Below are positions 26,358 through 39,560 of a stretch of 63,937 bases of DNA, piece by piece. Numbering within the stretch: the first letter of the stretch is position 1; each line of letters begins with the position of its first letter. The notes under the pieces were generated by a model. It was not told where the DNA came from and ran no database searches. It was given only the letters and a program-made list of their open reading frames with translations. Source of the DNA: Octopus bimaculoides (Eukaryota); the NCBI RefSeq assembly GCF_001194135.2, contig NC_068993.1:55173925-55237861 (forward strand), read 5' to 3'. The translations under genes were made by a program, and so were the position numbers.

Positions 26358-27229
26358 TATGTATATATATATATCCTCATCATTTAACATCCACCAGATA
26401 AGATGAAATTTTGTTGAGGCAGATTCTCTGCAGCCAGATGCCCTTACTGTTGCCAACCTCCATCAGTTTCCAAATAAGGTAATATTTCCCATGGCCAGAC
26501 ATGCTTTCCATGGAATAGTGAAAACAAAAAAGATTGCTTATATGACAGTGATGCTCGTTTACAATCATTACCATAATCTCTAGACAAGGGTACACACAAA
26601 CACATAAATATAAATATTCTTTCAGTTTACATTTACCAAATCCATTTACAAGGCTTTGGTTAGCTCAGAACCAAGCCTAAATATATATATTTGTATTATG
26701 TATTATGTATGTATACACCCATGAATGCTCACAACCTATGGTTAGCTATAAACAGTGATGTTTGATGATATTTCCTCCCCACAAATCGTCCATTAGCTTT
26801 GTGCATTCAAATTCCGTTAAAATCAAATATCTTTTACATGAAAAATATTAGAGTTGGCATTAGGAAAAGCATCTGGCTGCAAAATTCCTGCTTTAATTAC
26901 CTTCTGTCTAATATTTGCTAACATTGGAACAGATAAACGAAAAAGTAAATTATACATACATACATTATATATATATACACACACACATATAAAGACATAT
27001 ACAATATGTATACACACACATATGCATATATATGTACATACATATATACATAATACACACTACATGTAAGTATATATATATAATGTATGCGTATAAACGT
27101 ATTTATATTAATATAGGGAAACAGCTTTGTTACAGTGGAAGTGAATGCCTTCAAGTTTAATCTCTTAAACATTTTTCATATTTCTTCATTTGTAGTTTAC
27201 GTAATCTCGAATGTTCCTGGGTCCATCCA

Positions 27230-27291
<62 letters not shown>

Positions 27292-27741
27292 ACACAATGT
27301 CATAGAAGTAAAAAAAAGATTGAATAGCAGACACACTGACTGACAGATGTACACGTCTAAGAAAGATCGCGAAAGTTTGTTCTAAAAAGCAAAAATCTCA
27401 AGTCTTGATGTGGTACATGGTACGCCTATACATACATACAGACATACATACACACACACGCATATATATTTATTAATATTATTTATATAATATTGTAAAA
27501 GATTATTTAAAACCTTCATGTTAATGTAGGAGGCGATCTTGGACTATAGCGTATCGTTTTCACTTTCACAGGGGATTTTCCAGAAGTAATTTATTCTCTG
27601 ACCGTTTACCTTCCAGTTTGTTAATTAATTGTTTATTTATTTCTACAGACATAAAAAAATTACTGTGATTTGCAATAAATTACAAATATTTATTTCTGGT
27701 ATCGGTCTAGCCTTGACCGAAAAATACTCCCTACTACTTAC

Positions 27742-27835
27742 TGTAGGTGAACATTTCCTTCATTGGATTACATTTCGCATTGCATTATAATTATGATTAA
27801 TTATTATTATTGATATATGTAATTCATATGAGAAA
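27742..27835 (-). other. Candidate internal exon of an orphan minus-strand transcript (contains MKEMFTY start)
   Basis: Acceptor ctattttctttcag and donor ACA|GTAAGT; upstream donor GAG|GTGAGT at 28132. Confidence 0.5.
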
Positions 27836-28131
27836 CTGAAAGAAAATAGTAAAGTTTGCGGAAGTAAAAATCGATAATCGATGTTCAACAACAACAAAGC
27901 AATCAATAAAGCCATATATAGGCAAACAACTTTATTAATAGACAAAAACTTTTACACACTTTTCACTCAAACAACCAAGTGCCAGGTTCGATTCCCATCT
28001 TGCTTACCTTTACTGTGCCATGCGTTAATGCCATTCAGAAAATTATGATCGATATATAACCCAACCCCCGATTTCCCCGTTTAGTTATGTTTACTTATGT
28101 ATATAAGGTATCAATATTTTGGGTGACTCAC

Positions 28132-28380
28132 CTCGAAAACCTCATCCAGTTGGCCTTTTTTTGCAACCAAGGTGTGGGCAAAGCACATAAAAGAGCTGAG
28201 GTTTAGTATATATATATATATATTTTATATATAAATATATATAAACCGCAGCCCTTAATATTATAATTGTGCCCTTGTTAGTGCAATTGTTGCTGCATAA
28301 TTGTCGAGTGGGGACCGACTTTCCTCTCAACGGTTCCTTCCCCGTTGGCTGTCGTGAGAGAAAGTGACGGGCGGCAAGGT
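28132..28380. promoter_or_regulatory. Possible bidirectional promoter
   Basis: CpG-rich patch with outward-facing donors on both strands: minus GAG|GTGAGT (28132) and plus AAG|GTGAAC (28377). Confidence 0.4.
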
Positions 28381-30334
28381 GAACCGATATATATAGAGAT
28401 ATGTATATACAGATATCTATATAGAGATACACATATACATATACATACACACACAGATACACACATACATACATATACACACACACACATACATTTACAC
28501 ACATATATATATACACACACACACATACATACACATACATACATATACACACATAATACATATATAAACATAAATACACACATAGACCCTAAACACACAC
28601 ACACGCAATGTGTGTGTGACATACTTTTATGTGTGCGTGCGTGTGGTTTAGTAAATTGTTTATCACAGGTATATTAATGTATATGCATGTTTATGTCTAT
28701 GTCATCATGCTGTTTATATAACAGGTATGTTGTGTGTGTGTGTGTGTGTGTGTGTGCGTGCGTGCGCGTGCGTGTTTGTGTGTGTGTGTGTAGGTGTATA
28801 CATAGTGATATATATATATATATATATATATGTTTGTGTTTGTGGTGGAGTTGGTAACGGGGAACGGCGGAGAGATACTTCAATGATATTTGAATTCGTA
28901 CATCTTGTACTTGTCAATTTACATGTTAATTAAGAATTTCGATTTTTCAAAACATGATACTTGTTTTAAAACAAATATTTCATACATAAGAACAGTAAAA
29001 TAAATGATCGATGCTATTATTTTAATAGAGAAAATATACTGAAAAAAAGTTATAACGAACTATTTTCGATAATTTGATGCGATACATGACCTGAGTGTTA
29101 TGGAACCAATGCTGAATCTTCCGCTACCTTCACGGTTAGCGTAAAAAGCTCAACTAATTAATAACTTTCTAAACCATCATCAAATAATCTTTTTGTTTAT
29201 ATTTATAAAATCTCAATTAAAATGCTATTCTAATGCTTTGCACTTTATTTAGTAACAAGATTTATAAGAAGCCACTAACAACGGACTATTTTCTATGATG
29301 AAATGTCAATAGAATATGTCGAAACGATGTTGGATTCTGTAAATTATCAACTATTTATAGTTATTAACTGTTCTTTTAATGCCTGGTTAAATCAAACAGT
29401 TAATAATGGTTTCAGTCTTTAAAAACTGTAATTATATCTGTAACATTTGTGATAATGTTTTTAAACTATTTAACGCACTACTTTATATGAAGTACTGCAT
29501 CAAAGAGAGAGAGAGAGAGGCAGAGAAAGTGAGTGAGTGAGTGAATGCGAAAGAGGTAGACATAGAGAGAGACTTAGACGTAGAAGAATTCTTCTTCTTT
29601 ATCGACATTAACATTTCAAGTTGTTTCATATACACGCACATCTTATACATACATACATTATGTCCTATGACTACATTTTCGAAGGGAGAAGTTAGCAATT
29701 AGTGACCTTCGTCTATGACAGCTTCATAACGTTATAACCCCCCTGTTGTAGTGACGGGTTAATCAGAATGGTGGGGGGTTCTATGTGTATGTGAGTGGTT
29801 GATGTTGAGAAAATGTATGTTTGTGTCACTAATGTGCAGACATAATGTTATGCATGTTATGCGTTTGTATCCAGAGGAGATTGAATAAAGAAAGCGTGCA
29901 ATGTGTGATAACACGAATATGACGATAATGATGATTCTTTACATTTGCATATGACCATACATAGATTTAAAAAGAGGGCTATGTCGATTTAATCGACCTC
30001 TCTAGATTTCACTGGAAATTTATTTATCAAATCTTGAAAAGGTGAAGTCGATTCCAACACAATTTCTCTCTCTCTCTCAGTGATAATGACGTCAATTTCT
30101 ATTAAGGAATAGCTACTAAAAGTGCAATAGTAATTACTTCTAAAATCGGTGCCTTTTTTGGTGCAGACAACTATCGGTTTTGATCGACCACAGTACCTAA
30201 TTGGTATTCATTTTTGAGTTTTGGATATAAAGCGACATTAGCAAAATACCTGCTCGTGATAGTTAAACATTATTGTTTAAACTATTAACCACACCAATCT
30301 GATGAATTCCACCAAATATGATAGGTACTACCTC

Positions 30335-30960
30335 AAATAATAATAATAATAATCCTTTCTACTATAGGCACAAGGCCTGCGATTTGGGGGAGGGGATAGT
30401 CGATTTCATCGACCCTAGTGCGTAACTGGTACTTATTTCACCGACCCCGAAAGGATGAAAGGCAGAGTCGACCTCAACGGAATTTGAACTCAGAACGTAG
30501 CGACGGGTGAAATACCGCTAAGCATTTCGTTCAGCGCGCTAATGATTCTTGTTTCTTTATTGCCCACAAGGGGCTAAACATAGAGGAGACAAACCAGGAC
30601 AGACAAAGGGATTGTCGATTACCTCGACCCCAGTGCGTAACTGGTACTTTATTTATCGATCCCGAAAGGATAAAAGGCAAAGTCGACCTCGGCGGAATTT
30701 GAACTCAGAACGTAACGGCAGACGAAATACCACTAAGCATTTCGCCCGGTGTGCTAACGATTCTGCCAGCTCGCCCCCTTAATAATAACGGTTTCAAATT
30801 TTGCCACAAGGGCAGCAATTTGGAGGGAGAGTATGAATCGATTATATCGACTCCAGTGTTCAACTGGTACTTATTTTATCGACCCCAATAGGATGAAAGG
30901 TGAAGTCGACCTCGGCGGAATTTGAACTCAGAACGTAAAGACGGACGAAATGCCGCTAAG
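30335..30960 (-). mobile_element. Three head-to-tail copies of a second tRNA-derived SINE ('family B')
   Basis: Repeated aactggtactta..tcgaccccgaaaggat.aaaggcaaagtcgacctc.gcggaatttgaactcagaacgt; (AAT)n between and around copies. Confidence 0.85.
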
Positions 30961-30964
30961 GAAG

Positions 30965-31000
<36 letters not shown>

Positions 31001-34000
31001 CTCAAAAGAAAAGAAGCACTGTAGCCTTGTAAGAACGACGAGGATGCCCTCAGTTCAAAGCAAATGTTATGTCTCCACTTGCATGTTAAATTCCTATAAT
31101 TCACCCATATTTATAAAATGTATTATACAAGTTTTCTTTTTATACTCTCATCATGTGATAGCTAGAAAAGTGATGAGAATATGAGTTGTGCAAGTGAATA
31201 AAAACCTAATTTCAGCCATCGAAGTGTTACACCATCATATCACCAGTTCTGTCATCGCCCTTGGCAAATCAAGGCGACGTGACAAGCTTCACGATGGATT
31301 TAATCAACAGCTGGATTGGATATAATGATAGCAGCTGTTCGTCATAAGGCCACAGGCAAACAATACGCCAACACTGAACGAGTCCGTAAAAGACAATTTC
31401 GTTATATTTACTGCGTTTCATGATCGCAGAATCATTTCAAACATTTGGGAGGCAGACTTAATTTGTCAGTCAGTTTAATTTTACTGGGTCTTTGGGAGTC
31501 CTTAACAGAGTCCATTCCTTCTGCCTCTCCACTTACACATAAATGCTAATTTAGAAACCACCTCTGGTTGCTTCTAAACTAGCAACGATACTAGCCTTAT
31601 CTCAGTTTCTGGTCTGATGTAAACATCCACCTTTTCCTCCAGCACTTTCAGAGACCCTGGGCCTCAGAGCAAATGCACATCCTTACCCGAAACTTTCTAA
31701 ACAATAGTTCCTACCCTTTTCATTAAAAAATAGAAAAATAGGTTCGGCTTTAATTATATATTCTTAATTATTATAATAAGTAGGTCAAGTCAAACCCAAT
31801 TTTGCAGAAATAGCTTCCTCTTTGGGTAAATTTTAAACTCTAAAACGTTAATTCATCCCCCATTTTAGGAGGAACCAAACCAAATTCGAACTTAACCAGA
31901 CCTTCGACCCAAGAAATTGAAACATGCCCATCAATTTCTCATGGTTAAATCTTAGCACGTTATCCTCTTGTCAAATGCACACTACCACGATTTCTGATAA
32001 CATCATCTTAACTTAGTAAATATTATTTTATATCGTAGTTCAAGCGTATGAGGATGTTCATCTCTGTCTTTGCCGAATTCTCCATCTTTCAATCCCGACA
32101 GTTCTGTAACACTCATACAAAGAAAGCACTCAATTTTGCTGTATGTTTTGCATCCAGTATCGGATTTACTATTGTGCTTAGGTGTGCTTAAGCACAGGAC
32201 CTCATTGACCAGGGAGAGTTCATCTTCCTGCCCCCTCCCCACCAATTTTTTACATTGAATTTTCTGAGCATGTAACCCTGACTGTCCAAGTAAGGGGCCT
32301 CATTTGTCCTAAATCCAGCACTGTTTGTAACCATTCCCACACAGCACACACAAGATAAATCTCCCTAAAAGCTATCTAGTTCTGCTCTACCAGGCTCACC
32401 GCAACCTATATTATTCAATGTGTCCTCTCATTTCTAACTTGTTAGACTATAGGTTGCAGGAATTTAGTTGCTATTTCTCGTATATCAAGCAACCACAGAG
32501 AAGTTTCTTTGCTGATTAGCTGAGCCAATATAAATAGTAGTGATACAGCAAATACCTCTGTTGATTTTAAATTTTGTCAGATAACAGATTTATTTGCTGA
32601 TATACATAACAATACATACAATAGGTTTCTTGTGCACAAGTTAATTGTAGTTTTTCAATTGCACTTTCATTTGGTGAAAAATGGGTTGATCGCAGGATGA
32701 ATTATAAGAGAAGCTGTTAAAAGAGGACCGAGAGAAGGGAAACACAGTGTAGGGCTGAGGTAAGAAGGTCACATTATAGGACTGGAAGAGGGAAGTACAT
32801 TGTAGAACTGGGAGAAAAGGAAATGGTGAAGAGCAAGCACATAATAAGATTGGGCGAAGAAAGTTACATTAAAAGACTGGAATAAGGATGGCCACATTGT
32901 GACGCGGGCAGGGGGGGAGATCACATTGTATGTATAACAGGGAGAACAGGACTGGTTAAGAGCGCAGAATATCTAGTGAGGTCCCGACCGAGTAAAATAC
33001 CCGATTTGCCTGATGGTAGACACAAGACATTAGATTTATAGACATCGTGCCTTCGTAAATACAATAACAAAATTTGCGAAGAGTCAAGACTAACACCTAA
33101 TATATTAGTGATATCAAATCCCCGAGTGAAAGACAAAGTGGACCTTCATAAGTATGAAACGGTAGTAAAATTATGTGAAAATAGCAGAACATTCAGCATA
33201 AAATTATCAGAACTGGCAAGGGCTTCAACAGATTCCTTATTACTTTAAGAATCAGTAAATTAAATCCTGTAAAGGCGACTAAGGATTTTAACTTCTGTAG
33301 TCGATAAAGCATGTAAGAATATATAGGCGTAGCCAGGATTTCGACGGCAGAGTTTCGATGATTAAATGGGTCCACCATTAACCGTGTTATTTTACAAAAC
33401 GTTTAAAATTATATTCGTATGGGGCTGCGGGGATTAGAGTTGGATTCGTCCGGACCTGTCAAAACTGACCCCTAACCCATCTAGTTACGAGTGTCTAATG
33501 TAACTTGAGTTTAGTTTTCTTTGCGGGGTAGGAGAAATGTCAAGAGAATTATATAAATGATTATTTTTTCACATCAGATAAAGTAGCACAGCAGCGGCTG
33601 CTGTCATTGTGTAACGACCTAAATTCAAATTTCAAATAGTCTCCAACGAACGTCTTATGTCGTTAATCCCCTCTCTTTAAAATATCCAATTTCGTACCAC
33701 GGTATTGAATAAACCAAGAGTCGTCATTGAAATAGCAACTAAATTTCCCTCAAGCTATACTACCGTCTGAAAAAGAAAAAAAAAGACAATAAGGAAGTCT
33801 GGGGTTCAAACAAATCCTGAAAAAAATAAAAATAAAAGTAAACGATGGTGTGGTCATAACTTAGAATACTTTTGATCACAGGTCGACTGGTTTGACCTAG
33901 GCTAAACGAAAAACATTAACTTTTCGATGAATTGGATCAACTAAGCGAAACAGTTTCGTTCTCAGTTGAATCGAGTTTAATCCATTGTTAACGTCCTTAA

Positions 34001-36244
34001 GGAATTTATGACCAACTCAATTTCACTTCCTATTCATTCTCATTAGAACCTTTCATATATATGTACTTCTTGCATATAAAAAAATCGTTACAATTACAAT
34101 CATGTTTCTTAGTTTCTCTTTTAACCCTCTCCCACAGCAATCCTATTTCCCTTATAGACATATACGAGTTACACTTATTTTTAAAGATATTTTTCGTCTT
34201 ACACTTCATGAACATTTTAATAATTAAAAGAAAAAAAATTTTGAATATAGTTCAAGTGAATTTTAGGGAAACTTTAGCTTATTATTTAAATTAATTCAAG
34301 TTTCCTAGAAAATCACTCAAACTTTATTTTATTAAAGACGTAACCGTGAAATTTAACCAGTTCCCCCTCCTCTCTATCTTCGTCATTGCTATAAATAACT
34401 TCAATGAGTTTTAAGGAAGTAGGTAGATAAGTTGATAAATAGATAGGAAAAGCCAAAAGGAAAGAAATGATGAAATGAGATGGTTTTCGGTGTGTATGTG
34501 AGGAGGGACAGACAGAGAAAGAAAGTCTGTGTGTGTGTGTGAATGGGAGTATGTGCGTACATGTGAGTGAATGTGTGTGAGTGAATTTGTACGTGAGCAA
34601 ACTTGTATATGTGAGTGAATGTGTGTATATGTATGAGTGTAGGTGAATGTGTGTGTATGTATAAGTACATGTGAGTGAATGTGTGTACGTGCATGATTAT
34701 AAGTGCGTTATGGGAGTAAATATGTGTTTGTGTGGAAGTAAAATAACTTTCTAAATAGTTTTTGTGGCTCAGTTATTCATAAGTAAACTTTTCACTAAAT
34801 TCACTGATCTGTTGAGTGTAACGGAAAAACTCTTTTTATGATATTTACTGATAGAGAAATAACAGAATTCTATTTGTGAAAAAGAAAATGCCACCCAAGT
34901 TCGTGTGATGGGAGGTTAGGTTTCGAATTCTTCTTTCTTCTGAGAAAAGCCCAAACCGAAACATCTTGACCCACGAATTTAACAAATTAGTTTCCTCCGA
35001 TTCAAGGTTTTTTCTTGTTGTTTTTTTTTTAACCTCTAAAATATTATTTGTCAGGAATTGTGTTTGAAAGGTTAGAGTATAAAACTTTTATTTTCAATGT
35101 TAGAGATAAAAAAAAATGCTGTCTATTTTATATTTAGGCTAATATCATAAGTGATAAAGTTCTGAAAATCTGATGCAATTACGGTAAAAGATAATTATAG
35201 AAGTAGGACTCAAGAACTAAAAATAATTCGCTCGGTACCTCCCAACTCGGTTGTTCAAAGTATTTATGAGAAAATGAACTCCACGAAAATCGTCAAATGT
35301 TAGGGAAAGGGTTGTTTCGTAGACAGAACGACAAGTCAGCTCACTCTCTCTTTTTAACATCTGTGGGCGCAAGTCTAGTTGTGTGGTTACGAAGCTTGCT
35401 TCACCAGCTCGCCTTTCTTTCAGTTTCTGTCTACCAAATTCACTCACAAGGCTTTGGTTAGCCCGAGACTATAAGAGAAGACACTTGCCCAAGGTTCCAT
35501 GAAGTGGGGCTGAAACTGAAACCATGTGGTTAAGAAGCAAACTTCTTATGACATAGCCATGCCTACCTGCACCTATAAACTTACTAAAATGAAGCACCGA
35601 TACAAAAGCATAAATTGACTAAACTATAGTGTTGATAAGAACACATGAGCTCTGATGTTAGCTGTTGAATTGACTATTAAAAATGTAGTGTTGATACAAG
35701 CAATTTAAATACAAGAATGATGTTGGATAAATATTTTTTAACTGCTAATATTCATATGTAAATCGCATTAGACATTACAAGCATCAATTTGCAATAGAAA
35801 CAATGTCTTGACAGGTGACAGTATAATCAATTAATAAAGGGGAAAATACCAAGAAACCAGTACTGATCAGCAAACAGTTTGTTCACTGAAATTATAAACA
35901 AAGCCACTGGTCATAGTGACTAGGTACAAGATGAGAACATATCTCTGCTCTCAATCTATAAGCATTTTAGCATTAGACTCATTAGTTTAGGCTCAAAGAT
36001 CTGGGTACTTCTGGTTGAAGATACATGGCAAAACAGTTTTGGTCCCAGAATCCCTTGCACCAATGAGCTGAGTGTGTCGTGAACACATTGTTGTAAATGG
36101 GAGATGTTATTCTCCAGTGACATACACAACAATGATCAGCATATTTGCATTTGTATCTGCTAAAATATATTAAGAATATGCAAATCATTGTTTCAAGTCT
36201 TACTGTTCACAGAGCAAATAACAATTTTTTTTTTTTTTACCTAG

Positions 36245-36335
36245 GGGCATGTTCTGCAGTAAAACCAAATATTAAAATCAGTGCTAAAATACTTAGAGTA
36301 ACACGTCAAGAATTTTACATAAAATCAAACCTAAG
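36245..36335 (+). CDS. Candidate exon of an unidentified plus-strand gene (ACSAVKPNIKISAKILRVTRQEFYIKSNL)
   Basis: Poly-T acceptor ttttttacctag, donor AAG|GTGAGG, 91 nt, one open frame (phase 1 to 2). Confidence 0.4.
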
Positions 36336-36402
36336 GTGAGGAGAAAGAAGATTAGCTTGATAAATTCTCATTAAGAAAAACAAGGGAGATGATCCCTAAA
36401 TC

Positions 36403-36618
36403 TCTTTTTACTCTTTTACTTGTTTCAGTCATTTGACTGCGGCCATGCTGGAGCACCACCTTTTAGTCGAGCAAATCGACCCCAGGACTTATTCTTTGGA
36501 AGCCCGGTACTTATTCTATCGGTCTCTTTTACCAAACCGCTAAGTTACGGGGCCGTAAACACACCACCATCGGTTGTCAAGCGATGTTGGGGTGACAAAC
36601 ACAGACACACAAACACAA

Positions 36619-36649
<31 letters not shown>

Positions 36650-36838
36650 AAAATATATATATATACATATATACGACGGGCTTCTTTCAGTTTCTGTCTA
36701 CCAAATCCACTCACAAGGCTTTGGTCAGCCTGAGGCTATAGTAGAAGGCATTTGCCCAAGGTGCCACGCAGTGGGACAGAACCTGGAACCATGTGGTTCA
36801 TAAGCAAGCTACTTACTACACAGCCACTCCTACACCTA
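36403..36838 (-). mobile_element. Family A SINE
   Basis: Full-length reverse copy with an internal (CA)/(TA) microsatellite. Confidence 0.85.
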
Positions 36839-37065
36839 AATTAATTTTTTAAAATACAATGAGGGCAAATGCAGTGTTGTTGTGGAGTATGTCTTTCTTA
36901 CTGAAACCAATGATTTTCTCACCTCACTACATGTGCAATTAAAATTTCTTGGTTCACTTCACCAAATATGTTAACACCAATCTTATCTTACTAATTGATT
37001 ATTTCTGAACTGCTAAACTAATGAATTATAAAATAAAGTAAGACCTGTTTTACAGCTATGCATAC

Positions 37066-37442
37066 TCTTTTACTCTTTTATCTGTTTCAGTCATTTGACT
37101 GTGACCAAGCTGGAGCACCGCCTTTAGTCAAACTAAGTGACTCCATAATTTATTCTTTGTAAGCCTAGTACTTATTTAATCAGTCTCTTCTGCTGAACCG
37201 CTAAGTTACGGGTTCGTAGACACACCAGCATCGGTGTCAAGCAATGGAAGGGGGACAAACACAGACACACAAACATGACAGGCTTCTTTCAGTTTCTGTC
37301 TACCAAATCCACTCACAAGGCTTTGGTTGGCCTGAAGCTGTAGCAGAAGACACTTGTCCAAGGTGCCACGTAGTGGGACTAAACCCAGAACCATGTGGCT
37401 GGTAAGCAAGCTGCTTACCACACAGCCACTCGTGTGCCTATA
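37066..37442 (-). mobile_element. Family A SINE
   Basis: Full-length reverse copy. Confidence 0.85.
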
Positions 37443-37619
37443 CTGGTAATATCAATGTATTGCCGTTGCAATGATTATGAATGTTGCAGATATAACCAAC
37501 CCTCCTAATTTTTCCAGACCACATTATGCAATGTGACTTTCTTTTTTTAAAATGGTTGAATGTACAAATAATTTGGAGTAATATTACTTGACAGGAAAAC
37601 TCTTCGTGTCAAGCTGCTA

Positions 37620-37915
37620 CTTTGCTGCATTGAGAGATTACAGCTGCAGTTCTATGGATATGTGGTTAGAATGCTGCAAGAAAGGATCGGAAGATAGATT
37701 CTTCAAACTGAGCCAAGTGGCTGGAGACCAAGAGGAAGACCAAGAATGAGATAATTGGATAATATTCATAGTCTCAGTTGGTCATGCTTGGGAATCCATC
37801 GGTAAAGTGTAATGATGGCTGCTTCTGATAGGACCCTAGGGAAGGGGTGTCTGAGGACTCGTGCCCAACATCCTACCAGGAATAGTGGGTTGGGAAAATG
37901 GATGGATGGATGTAA
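37620..37915 (+). mobile_element. 3' end of an RTE-like LINE with (GGAT)n tail
   Basis: ILQTEPSGWRPRGRPRMR*LDNIHSLSWSCLGI; a related reverse piece lies at ~54330-54490. Confidence 0.65.
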
Positions 37916-38229
37916 TTTGAGGGAGATTAGGAGTAACATTACTTGACAGGAAATCTCATTAAGTCAAGTTGTTACTTATCTGCCCTGAGAGATTGTAGCT
38001 GAAGGAGATTTGGTTGCTAGTTCTAGCAGGCTGGGAAACCACATAAGGGTGCCATTGTTGCCTTGACTAGTGTATTGTCTCTTGTTTAGGTGGCAAAATT
38101 TGATAACGGAGGCTAGGTTGAACAAGTAGACTATATAATTGGTACAGTAATACTTCTACAGGTCTCTGAGTCATATAGACAAGAACAGAAAAAAAAATTA
38201 GAGCAAAACAGGAAATTTTTAGATTTTGA

Positions 38230-38305
<76 letters not shown>

Positions 38306-39174
38306 CACTACAATGTCAGCACTCCTGCTTACTGGTATGAACATCATACTGAGCCAGTCATTGAAGATAAAAATGTTACTATCCTCTGGAATTTTCCAGT
38401 CAACAGACAGAATGGTCCAGGCTAATTGACCAGACATAATTATTTTCTCACCTGGATGCTCTTCCTGTTGCCAACCTTCACCTGTTTCCAGGTAAGGTAA
38501 TATTTCCCCTTGGTCAGACATATCTTTCATGAAAGAACAGAGACAAACAATATTGATTATATGATGGTGTTGCTCATTTGCAACCATCATGTGATGTCAA
38601 GACAAGGGTGTATACACACAAACACACACATGACAGGTTTTTTTCCAGTTTCCTTTTCCAAAATTCATTCACAAGGCTTTGGTCACCCAGAATGTATAGT
38701 TGAAGACACCTACCCAAGATGCCACTCAGTGGGACTGAAGCTGAGACCACATAGTTGGGAAGCCTATTTTTAAACATTAACCTTTAAATAGCAGGAAAAT
38801 GTTCTATAAATGTCTGCCAAATGGGCAAAAAACAAAAAAAATATCTCTTTTTCTCAAGGGTAATTTTTTATAATTATTTTCACTTTAAATGAATACAAAA
38901 ACTTTGAAAATGATATTTGAACTCCCTTAGATTATAAAAATGAAGACAAGAGGGCAATAAAATCATTTGAGCATAAATTTGCTTCAAATGTTGTCAATTT
39001 GAGCATAAATTCGTTTGAGATTGTTCTCTACGAATGTACATCCACACACACACACACACACACACACATGCCTGACATTCACAAATATATGCATACATGA
39101 ACTAATTAAGAGCTATCTTGATTTGAGAAAAACGAGCTTTGCTACTTCGTTAGTGAGCAGCTTGAATTATGCAG

Positions 39175-39560
39175 TAGGTATGGCATTATGGTAAGAAGCT
39201 TGATTCCCGGTCACAGGATTCTAGGTTCAGTTCCACTACATGACACCTTAGGTAAGTGTCTTCTACTATAGCATTGGGCTGACCAAAGCCTTGAGAATGG
39301 ATTTGGTTGATGGAAACTGAAAGAAGCCCATCGTGTGTGTGTGTGTGTTTGTATATTCCCCAGCACCACTAGAGAACTGGTGTTAGTGAATTTAGGTCAG
39401 TGTAATTTACTTGTCTGGCGAAAGAGACTGATAGAATAAGCACCAGGCTTACAAAAAAAAAACAAAAAAAAAAAACAATAGGCACTAGGTTTGATTTGTT
39501 TGACTAAAAAAAATTCTTGCATGGCTGCAGTCTAATGAGTGAAATGAGTAAAAGATAGAA
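39175..39560 (+). mobile_element. Family A SINE
   Basis: Full-length forward copy. Confidence 0.8.

Noticed and set aside
28142-28933. His/Thr- and Cys/Val-rich ORFs
   Set aside because: Translations of (CA)n/(TA)n repeats.
31248-31286. Small hairpin tgtcatcgcccttg-gcaaat-caaggcgacgtgaca
   Set aside because: About 13 bp bulged stem, too short for a pre-miRNA, with no family features.
34313-34400. Possible minus exon NDEDREEGELVKFH
   Set aside because: Acceptor is plausible but the donor (GTTACG) is poor and no partner exons are evident.
35982-36188. Minus-strand Cys/His/Trp-rich ORF (RYKCKYADHCC...) behind a TAG|CAG acceptor
   Set aside because: No recognisable domain or donor; it overlaps better-supported plus-strand exon candidates.
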